Below, one piece after another: positions 56,945 to 64,000 of a DNA stretch of 64,000 nucleotides. Source of the stretch: an uncultured Planctomycetia bacterium (GTDB taxonomy: Bacteria > Omnitrophota > Gorgyraeia > Duberdicusellales > 4484-171); assembly GCA_964483625.1 (NCBI GenBank), contig CAZABB010000004.1, positions 6,337 through 70,336 on the forward strand. The letters run 5' to 3'. Position 1 is the stretch's first letter, and every line of letters starts with the position of its first letter. The notes under the pieces are model-generated. The model did not search any database. It was not told the DNA's origin and was given only the letters and a program-made list of their open reading frames with translations. A program made the translations under genes and the position numbers.

Positions 56945-57367
56945 TTATTTGAGAAAATCAAGGTATACCGCGAGGATCAACGCCAGCGCCGAAAGGATAA
57001 AAATAGCTAAATAATTTATCCGTTCTTTCCGTGATGAATATCCACACAGGATCGTACCGATAAGGCTGTAGTCTTGAGCCTCAAGCGGCAGCCGGCAATT
57101 GATTTTTTTTATCAAATCCTGACGTGTAATTACCTGCGACCGTTTTTGCGCCAGGCGGAATTTATAGATGAAAAAGGCAAGGAAGCCTCCCACCCCCACA
57201 TACCAGGCAACTTTTGCGTATAACGGATCGACATGGATGAGCAGCGTAACGACCCGTATCGCCAGCGCGGCGATGATGCCTACGATAAAAAATATCCACG
57301 CCCCCACCGAATCGCGGCACCGGTTATGTTTGAGGTCACAGACAAAACAACTGTTTTTGTTATCCAT
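56945..57367 (-). CDS. Hypothetical 3-TM membrane protein
   Basis: Three hydrophobic segments; directly adjacent to the gpsA stop codon. Confidence 0.7.
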   Translation of the reverse strand: MDNKNSCFVCDLKHNRCRDSVGAWIFFIVGIIAALAIRVVTLLIHVDPLYAKVAWYVGVGGFLAFFIYKFRLAQKRSQVITRQDLIKKINCRLPLEAQDYSLIGTILCGYSSRKERINYLAIFILSALALILAVYLDFLK

Positions 57368-58381
57368 TTATACGATCTTCTCTTCTTTTAACGGACGCAG
57401 CATCAGATCGCTGACGGCTTTTTGAGGAGATTTGCCGCGGTATAATACCGAATACACCTGATAGGTAATCGGCATATCGACATGTAACTTTTTACTTAAC
57501 CGGTAGGCGGATTTTGCCGTTTCGACCCCTTCGGCCACCATTTTCATCTTTTTCATAATCGTCCCGATCTTTTTTCCTCCTCCCAACTGTTCACCGACGG
57601 TTCGGTTACGGGAAAAAGGAGAAAAACAGGTCGTAACCAAATCTCCCAATCCGCTAACACCCCAGAACGTTTCAGGTCTCGCCCGCAGTTTCTTGCCCAG
57701 GCGCGTAATTTCCGCTAATCCCCGGGTGACCAGCGCCGCTTTGGTATTTGTACCCAGCCCCAACCCGTCGGCGATCCCGCAGGCAAGAGCGATGATGTTT
57801 TTAAGCGCGCCGCCTAACTCCACCCCCACAATATCGGCATGCAGATACGTACGAAAGGTGGGGGTCGAGAAAAGCTTCTGAATTCGCCGGCCGGTCTGTT
57901 TATGTTTGCAGGCGATCAGCGTGGTTGAAGGGATTCCCTTGACGATCTCGGTCGCGATATTAGGCCCGGAAAGAACACTCAAGTTCACCGAGCCCAGTTC
58001 CTCATTGATGATCTGTGAGACCCGTTTCAGAGAACTGGCTTCGATCCCTTTACTGACGCTGACGAAAACTTTTTTATTGAAACCGAAGCCGGACTTTTTG
58101 ATCTTTTTCAAGACCCTCCGGATGAATTTTACCGGAATGGCAAGAACGATGATCTCATTCTCAAGTACCTCAGGAAGATCGGGATTAACGGTAAGATTTT
58201 CAGGGAATTTGACCCCTTGTAAAAAGAGACGGTTTTCTCTTCCCTTCTGCATGGCGCAGTTATGGTCGGCAAACACGCTGTGGAGCTCGATATGCCGGCC
58301 GGCTCTGGCCAGGATCACCGCCAGGGTCGTCCCCCAGTTCCCGGCGCCGATAATCGCAATTTTGTCTTTTTTATTTTTCAT
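57368..58381 (-). CDS. gpsA: NAD(P)H-dependent glycerol-3-phosphate dehydrogenase
   Basis: GAGNWGT, SKGIE, LSGPN, GGALKN, GLGDL..TC, SRNR. Confidence 0.97.
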   Translation of the reverse strand: MKNKKDKIAIIGAGNWGTTLAVILARAGRHIELHSVFADHNCAMQKGRENRLFLQGVKFPENLTVNPDLPEVLENEIIVLAIPVKFIRRVLKKIKKSGFGFNKKVFVSVSKGIEASSLKRVSQIINEELGSVNLSVLSGPNIATEIVKGIPSTTLIACKHKQTGRRIQKLFSTPTFRTYLHADIVGVELGGALKNIIALACGIADGLGLGTNTKAALVTRGLAEITRLGKKLRARPETFWGVSGLGDLVTTCFSPFSRNRTVGEQLGGGKKIGTIMKKMKMVAEGVETAKSAYRLSKKLHVDMPITYQVYSVLYRGKSPQKAVSDLMLRPLKEEKIV

Positions 58382-58418
58382 GAACTTACGAGCGATTAGC
58401 GTATAGCGGTTAGCGATC

Positions 58419-58654
58419 AGCGTAGCTCGTCGTGCGTATCGCGTTCTGCGGAACGCGCAAAAGAAACAAGAGAAATCCGTTTTTCAAACGCAGTACGCGT
58501 GTCGCGTTTCGCGTTACGATAAATACTGGAACGGGCGATCAGCATAGCTCGTCGTGCGTATCGCGTTCTGCGTAACGCGCAAAAAACAAGAAAAACCCGA
58601 TTTTCAAACGCATGACGCGTTCCGCGTTACGATAAATACATGGAGCGGGCGATC
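58419..58654. repeat. Imperfect tandem duplication (~120 bp) including the tRNA-Gly 3' end
   Basis: Units 58419-58540 and 58541-58654 each end in TGGA(A/G)CGGGCGATC. Confidence 0.85.
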
Positions 58655-58714
58655 GGAATCGAACCGACATAACAGGCTTGGAAGGCCTGTGTTCTACCAC
58701 TGAACTACACCCGC
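58641..58714 (-). tRNA. tRNA-Gly(TCC), CCA encoded
   Basis: GCGGGTG acceptor, CAGGC-CTTCCAA-GCCTG anticodon arm. Confidence 0.95.
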
Positions 58715-59016
58715 ATGCGGCATAGTGCTTACGCACTATTCCTTAAACAGAACTGATTTCTCAAAGAAGACTTTTCTCTTTCGGAGTCCGCCTCCCTGCG
58801 GACGCCCTACGATCTCACTTTTTTCTAAAAGCACGAGGTTGTTCGTATGCCGCTTCATGGGGACTCCGTCCCCTCTGACGCGACACTCGAAGCACTTTCA
58901 AAGAAGAGACGCCCTCGTGCCGCTGTTACCCCTGAAGATTCTCACAGAAGAGATCTTCTTTCGTGTGACGTGTGTCGTGTGACTATGTGACTTTCAAAGA
59001 ATGACTGATTAAGACA

Positions 59017-59099
59017 TGGGCAGGGGAGGATTCGAACCTCCGAAGCGATAACGCAACAGATTTACAGTCTGTCCCCTTTGGCCACTCGGGAACCTACCC
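59017..59099 (-). tRNA. tRNA-Tyr(GTA), CCA not encoded
   Basis: ACAGA-CTGTAAA-TCTGT anticodon arm, long variable arm, GGTTCGAATCC. Confidence 0.95.
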
Positions 59100-59223
59100 A
59101 GCATGGACAAAACAAAGCGATTGTGAATGAGCTAGCAAGATTTTCCCCGACGATTACGTCGGGACTAATTCGACTACAGAGTTTTTTTACGTTCTCGCTT
59201 AAAAAACTCTAAGTCTCATTGAG

Positions 59224-59258
59224 CAGTCTGTCCCCTTTGGCCACTCGGGAACCTACCC
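59224..59258 (-). pseudogene. Duplicated 5' half of tRNA-Tyr
   Basis: 35 bp identical to 59065-59099, ending inside the anticodon loop. Confidence 0.88.
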
Positions 59259-59397
59259 TAAATAGCGTATAGCGAATAGCGGTTAGATATAATTCCTGTT
59301 TTAAAAGAACTTTTCTCTTCTGTTCGCTAAGGACTAAAAACTCTCAAAGAACATTCTTAAAACAAATTACACGCTCATCGCTAACCGCTAGTAAAAG

Positions 59398-59470
59398 AGC
59401 CCAGGATAGGAATCGAACCTACAACCTGAGGTTTACAAAACCCCTGCTCTGCCAATTGAGCTACCTGGGC
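59398..59470 (-). tRNA. tRNA-Thr(TGT), CCA not encoded
   Basis: GCCCAGG acceptor, GGGGT-TTTGTAA-ACCTC anticodon arm. Confidence 0.95.
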
Positions 59471-59483
59471 GGATGAAAACACC

Positions 59484-60347
59484 TCATATCACATCCTGCA
59501 TCATCACCTTGATCGCCTGAGGCAGACAATCAATAAGGTCCGACGCGATCATCCCCAGCTGGGTCTTCGCCTGCATCGCGATATCTCCGGCAGTACCATG
59601 CACCGCGACCCCAAGCTGTGCCGCCGAAAAAGGAGATACTCCCTGGGCCAGGAGCCCGCCGATAATTCCGGCCAGTACGTCTCCCGAACCGGCTGTCGCC
59701 ATCCCCGGATTACCGGTCGTATTTTCTAAGAGCAATTCCCCGTCGGTAATAACCGTACGATGCCCTTTAAGAACAAGGATTAAATTATATCGAAGAGCAA
59801 ATTCCTTGGCAAGGTCTTTTCTCGCCTGTTTTATTTCCGGTACGGATTTTTTAATGATCCGGGCGAATTCTCCTTCGTGCGGAGTGAGGATAAGTTTCGT
59901 AATCCTCTTACGCGTCAAGACCCCCAAGCTGTCTTCCAGAGCGTTCAACCCGTCGGCATCAATGACCATCGGCTGCCATATCCCTCCCATTATTTTCATC
60001 AGCAGATCCCGGGTTGAACTGTTCCGCGTGGCACCGTTCCCCAGAACGAAGACGTTGGTTTTCTTGCTGTATTTTTCGACCTCTTCAAACGCCTTGAGCG
60101 AAAGAGTCTTCTCTTTTGTCTCCTCCAGAGCGATACTCATCGCTTCGGTGAGTTTGATCTCAATAATATCATGCAATGAATGGGGTACCGCGGCGGTCAC
60201 CAGCCCCGCGCCGATACGCAGCGCGGCACGCGCGGTGAGACACACCGCGCCCGTCATCCCCGGAGAACCACCCAATACCAACACATGGCCGTAATTACCT
60301 TTGTGTGTATCAGGATTTCTTTTGTGCAACCGCAGTGGCAACTGCAT
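59484..60347 (-). CDS. nnrD: ADP-dependent NAD(P)HX dehydratase (stand-alone, no epimerase domain)
   Basis: HKGNYG, GAGLV, IDADGLN, LTPHEGEF, LKG, MATAGSGDVLAG. Confidence 0.93.
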   Translation of the reverse strand: MQLPLRLHKRNPDTHKGNYGHVLVLGGSPGMTGAVCLTARAALRIGAGLVTAAVPHSLHDIIEIKLTEAMSIALEETKEKTLSLKAFEEVEKYSKKTNVFVLGNGATRNSSTRDLLMKIMGGIWQPMVIDADGLNALEDSLGVLTRKRITKLILTPHEGEFARIIKKSVPEIKQARKDLAKEFALRYNLILVLKGHRTVITDGELLLENTTGNPGMATAGSGDVLAGIIGGLLAQGVSPFSAAQLGVAVHGTAGDIAMQAKTQLGMIASDLIDCLPQAIKVMMQDVI

Positions 60348-60663
60348 AATCTTCAATATGGGTTATCGAAAGCAGGATATCGATGTTAATATCTTTTTTC
60401 AACTCACAGTAAGGAGCGCCGTTATGGCGGTTTAAGATGAGGATATCAGTCAACGCCAGCGGATGCTCTTTCGCGATCGCTTTTATCACCGCTTCCTTCG
60501 CCGCGAACCGGGCCGAGAGCCGCTGGATATACATCTTCCCCGGCGAGATATTCTTCAATTCCCGGGGATCAAATATTTTTTCGATAAAAGCTTCTCCCCA
60601 CTTTTTAATCGCGTTTTGCATCTTCTCAATCTTAACCATATCAATACCGATACCCATAACCAT
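60310..60663 (-). CDS. acpS: Holo-ACP synthase
   Basis: GIGIDMV, RFAAKEA..KA, SITH. Confidence 0.93.
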   Translation of the reverse strand: MVMGIGIDMVKIEKMQNAIKKWGEAFIEKIFDPRELKNISPGKMYIQRLSARFAAKEAVIKAIAKEHPLALTDILILNRHNGAPYCELKKDINIDILLSITHIEDYAVATAVAQKKS

Positions 60664-60737
60664 ATCTTTCCTTTTTTCGTCTTGAATCTCTGGTCTTCAG
60701 TATTTGGTTTCTCTGTCTAGAGTCTAGAGACTGAAGA

Positions 60738-61457
60738 CTATCGACTATTGTTAAGTATGTCCAACATCTCCTCCACCGCCGCGACCAGTCCGATAAAAAC
60801 GCCGCGCGAGACGATCGAATGTCCGATATTCAACTCCTCTATTTCGCCGACGGTAAGGATAGGGTTTACGTTCTCATACTCCAGCCCGTGTCCGGCCGCG
60901 ACAAAAAGCCCTTTGCGTTGAGCGTACCGGGCCGCCTGAGCGATCTTTTTCAATTCTTTATCCCGGGCTGCGGGAGTTTTACTCTCGGAATATTTTCCCG
61001 TGTTCAACTCGATGATACCGACTCCCAGAACCTTCGCTTTATCGATCTGACGCTTGATGGGATCAATAAACAAACTCACCTCGATTCCAGCCTGTCTAAG
61101 TTTAGCCAGAGCGTTCTGGAGGCGCCGCCGGTGGGTTACAAGATCCAGCCCCCCCTCGGTCGTCAACTCCTGCCTTTTCTCCGGAACCAGAGTCGCTTTC
61201 TGCGGCTTGATCTTCGTCGCTATCTCTACAATTTCTTTATGAATCGACATCTCCAGGTTAAACTCAACCGAAAGAGACGTAGCCAGAAGCCGGACATCCC
61301 GGTCGTTAATATGGCGGCGATCTTCGCGCAAATGAGCTATGATCGAATGACATCCGGCATGCTCGGCCAGAAGCGCAGCGACGACTGGATCAGGGTAAGT
61401 AATCCTGCGGGCCTGACGCAGTGTTGCGACATGATCGATGTTTACACCCAGCTTCAT
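60738..61457 (-). CDS. pdxJ: Pyridoxine 5'-phosphate synthase
   Basis: LGVNIDHVATLRQAR, HLREDRRHI, AGHGL, ELNIGHSI. Confidence 0.97.
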   Translation of the reverse strand: MKLGVNIDHVATLRQARRITYPDPVVAALLAEHAGCHSIIAHLREDRRHINDRDVRLLATSLSVEFNLEMSIHKEIVEIATKIKPQKATLVPEKRQELTTEGGLDLVTHRRRLQNALAKLRQAGIEVSLFIDPIKRQIDKAKVLGVGIIELNTGKYSESKTPAARDKELKKIAQAARYAQRKGLFVAAGHGLEYENVNPILTVGEIEELNIGHSIVSRGVFIGLVAAVEEMLDILNNSR

Positions 61458-61594
61458 ATCTTTATTCCGGACGTAGTAAATTCTCCGCTGGCCCAGAGCC
61501 AGGTGATAATCGCCATGATTAACGCGATAACTTTCAGCCAGAAATTATTGAAAATAAGATGTTTGAAGGGAATCTGATATTTGAACAGCTTCAT
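61454..61594 (-). CDS. 46-aa membrane peptide resembling the CdaR/YbbR N-terminal anchor
   Basis: MKLFKYQIPFKHLIFNNFWLKVIALIMAIITWLWASGEFTTSGIKI; ATGA overlaps with both cdaA and pdxJ; not in ORF track. Confidence 0.75.
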   Translation of the reverse strand: MKLFKYQIPFKHLIFNNFWLKVIALIMAIITWLWASGEFTTSGIKI

Positions 61595-62373
61595 TCTTCG
61601 CTCCTTAACTGTCCTTTCAGGATCGTAAATAAATCTTCCGGCGAAAGGTTACGGGTCAGCTGACCGTTGATCGCCAGAGAAATCGCGCCTCTTTCTTCGG
61701 AGACCACGATCACCAGGGCGTCGGAATTCTCCGACAAGCCCACCGCGGCGCGATGCCGCATTCCCAGCGTTTTCTCCAAATTAGGATTATCGGTAATCGG
61801 GAAAAGACATACCGCACTTACGATGCGCGTACCGTCAATAACCACTCCTCCGTCATGAAGCGGCGTAAACGGATAAAAGATGTTTTCGATCAGCTCGGAA
61901 GTAATCTGCGCGTCGATGATCAATCCGGTTTCAATGAAATCTTTCAGGCCGATATCCCGCTTGATCGCGATCAGCGCTCCTATTTTTTTCTTCGCCATGT
62001 TGGCGACAGCGGTAACGATCTCTTTGATCGTCTTCTCGATATCCTCCTGCCTGACTTCCATCATGAAGAAATGGCGTTTGCCCAGCCGGATCAATCCGGC
62101 CCGTAATTCCGGCTGGAAAATAATCGCGATCAGGATCAAAAAGAACGCAAAGAACTTGGTCAACAGCAAACTTAAAACATGGAGGCCCAGCCGCTGGAAG
62201 ACAAAGAAGGAAATCACCAGAATTATAATCCCCCTCAGGAGATAGACGGCCTTGGTCCCTTTCAGGAAAATAAAAATGCGGTAGATGACAAACCATAAGA
62301 TCAGTATCTCTACCGCGGATTTCCAGTTAAACATCGAAAATAAATTGATCAATCGCTGAATTTCAAATTCCAT
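61591..62373 (-). CDS. cdaA: Membrane diadenylate cyclase CdaA/DacA
   Basis: Three TM helices, FQPELR, GALI, PLHDGG, GMRHRAA, VSEE.G. Confidence 0.95.
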   Translation of the reverse strand: MEFEIQRLINLFSMFNWKSAVEILILWFVIYRIFIFLKGTKAVYLLRGIIILVISFFVFQRLGLHVLSLLLTKFFAFFLILIAIIFQPELRAGLIRLGKRHFFMMEVRQEDIEKTIKEIVTAVANMAKKKIGALIAIKRDIGLKDFIETGLIIDAQITSELIENIFYPFTPLHDGGVVIDGTRIVSAVCLFPITDNPNLEKTLGMRHRAAVGLSENSDALVIVVSEERGAISLAINGQLTRNLSPEDLFTILKGQLRSEE

Positions 62374-63590
62374 TACGCGTTCCCCAGAAGCAAGGCGGTT
62401 TTCATCGCCCGGCCGACTTCTTTCACATCGTGCACCCTCAATACGTCGGCACCGTTGGCCGCCGAGACCAGACACCCGGCCAGAGTGCCGCTTAAACGGT
62501 CATCTACCGCGGCGCCGGTTATTTCACCGATACACGATTTACGCGAAAGTCCTACAAATAACGGGACATTCAGACTCTTGAACTGCGCCAGGCACCGGAT
62601 AATCTCGATGTTATCCTCCAGGCGCTTGCCGAATCCGATCCCCGGATCAATCATCAGTCGATCTTCTTTGATCCCTTTTTTCCGGCAGAATTCGATCCGT
62701 CCCGATAAAAACGTTTTGATCTCGGCGATGACATCGCTGTAACGGGGATTTCTCTGCATCGACCGGGGTGTCCCTTTCATATGCATCAAAACGCATCCCA
62801 GCCGGTATCTCTTAACAAGCGCGGTGATACGCGGACTGTGACGCAGCGCAGTTATATCATTAACCACATCAACCCCCTCCTTCACCGCCGCCTTCACCAC
62901 CGGGTATTTATAACTATCTATCGAAATTACCAATTTAGGGAATTTTTTACGTACCGCCCGCAAGACCGGAATGACCCGGGCTATTTCGGTCGCGGCACTC
63001 ACACTCTGCGCGTAAGGCCGGGTTGATTCTCCTCCGATATCAATCATCCGTGCTCCGGCTTTCACCATACCGGAGACTTTCTTTAAAATATCTCTTTCTA
63101 ATTTTCTCATTTCTTTCACGTTCCGTCCAGTCAATACGCCGTCGCCACTGAAGGAATCCGGCGTCACATTCAGAATCCCGCAGAGGATCGGCCGGTCAAT
63201 CCGGATCTTTTTATTTCTCGCCTTAAACACAGCCGGGTCTTTCTCCTCTTGAATATACTCTCTGAGCTGCCGGGCAACTTCATGTAATCCGAACGGCTGA
63301 GTTTCTATTTTCGCGGCGAATTTCCGCAATTGAGATACGGTGCCGAAAATGATGATGTCGGTTTTGATTTTTTTTACCAGACAATCACGGCTGATGGCGG
63401 CGTCGGAGCCTAAAGACAAGAGATGCTGTTTGATGATATTTGCCGCGTAAGACGATATGCCCTCGATCCTGTACGTGCGCATAAGCATCTTGGGCGCCAT
63501 GATTTCCCGCCCTTCCTTTGCCGTACCGATTCGATCCATCGCCTGATAAGCGCTTTTAAGATTCCTGATCGGGAGAGGAAACAGTCTCAT
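62373..63590 (-). CDS. folP: Dihydropteroate synthase with ~130-aa N-terminal extension
   Basis: GILNVTPDSFS, DIGGESTRP, LMHMKG, IDPGIGFGK, SRKS, RVHDV. Confidence 0.95.
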   Translation of the reverse strand: MRLFPLPIRNLKSAYQAMDRIGTAKEGREIMAPKMLMRTYRIEGISSYAANIIKQHLLSLGSDAAISRDCLVKKIKTDIIIFGTVSQLRKFAAKIETQPFGLHEVARQLREYIQEEKDPAVFKARNKKIRIDRPILCGILNVTPDSFSGDGVLTGRNVKEMRKLERDILKKVSGMVKAGARMIDIGGESTRPYAQSVSAATEIARVIPVLRAVRKKFPKLVISIDSYKYPVVKAAVKEGVDVVNDITALRHSPRITALVKRYRLGCVLMHMKGTPRSMQRNPRYSDVIAEIKTFLSGRIEFCRKKGIKEDRLMIDPGIGFGKRLEDNIEIIRCLAQFKSLNVPLFVGLSRKSCIGEITGAAVDDRLSGTLAGCLVSAANGADVLRVHDVKEVGRAMKTALLLGNA

Positions 63591-64000
63591 CTTCCTGTGC
63601 TTTTTCTTGTTCCTTGAATCCGATGATTTTTTTCACCTCACTGGAATCGAGCACTTCTTTCTCCAGAAGTGTCTGCGCCAGGGTTTTGAGCTTGTCGAGA
63701 TGAGCCGAAAGAAGATCGGAGACCCGCTGGTGCGCTTCATCGATGATCCGCTTAACTTCCACATCGATCATATGAGCCGTTTCGTCGGAGTAATCTTTAT
63801 GTTCGGCAAGTTCTTTGCCTAAAAAGACCGGGCCTTCCTTCCGTCCAAGCGCCACATGGCCTAACACTTCGCTCATGCCGAGTTCGGTAACCATTTTACG
63901 GGCCAGTTTTGTTGCCTGATCCAGATCGTTCTGTCCGCCGGTCGTCACGTCTTTCAGGATAAGTTCTTCAGCGACCCGGCCGCCTAACAGAGCGCAAATC
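63556..64000 (-). CDS. ftsH: ATP-dependent metalloprotease FtsH, 3' end (truncated by window)
   Basis: LLGGRVAEE, TTG..NDL..AT..AR.MV..GMS, ID.EV..II; ftsH-folP synteny. Confidence 0.93.
   Translation of the reverse strand, partial: ICALLGGRVAEELILKDVTTGGQNDLDQATKLARKMVTELGMSEVLGHVALGRKEGPVFLGKELAEHKDYSDETAHMIDVEVKRIIDEAHQRVSDLLSAHLDKLKTLAQTLLEKEVLDSSEVKKIIGFKEQEKAQEDETVSSPDQES

Noticed and set aside
58391-59390. CRISPR array among the repeats of the tRNA cluster or elsewhere
   Set aside because: There are no identical 25-40-bp repeats with unique regular spacers and no cas genes in the window.

Overview
A 64-kb stretch of an anaerobic, LPS-producing (diderm) bacterial chromosome of roughly 50% GC (by eye). 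Almost all genes are on the minus strand. Gene content and style tentatively suggest a PVC-related lineage such as Omnitrophota, but this is inference. Most of the window is housekeeping: nrdR/dCMP deaminase/glyA/rpiB/tsaC, a pur operon, a lipid A/LPS core cluster, xerC-topA-dprA, recJ-argS-thrC-hom, four tRNAs, and nnrD-acpS-pdxJ-cdaA-folP-ftsH. The standout is 17.2-26.3 kb. A complete group 3b (sulfhydrogenase-type) [NiFe]-hydrogenase operon has no hypB/hypD/hypE/hypF in the window. It instead carries a zinc-finger-less mini-HypA, a HypC domain fused to a HydE-like radical SAM enzyme, and a bona fide HydG, the CO/CN-making [FeFe] maturase. Near-consensus Rex operators precede both the hydrogenase operon and rex-hydG, and no hydA or hydF is present. 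This suggests a hybrid pathway in which [FeFe]-type radical-SAM maturases build the Fe(CO)x(CN)y unit of a [NiFe] enzyme; I do not know of a description of such a pathway. Secondary observations include several domain fusions (TsaC-YwlE, LpxL-ELM1, GT4-GT9), a TM-only mini-CdaR, a covarying structured repeat family (one copy interrupts a duplicated tRNA-Tyr half), periodic inverted repeat arrays in spacers, and a small AT-rich island.
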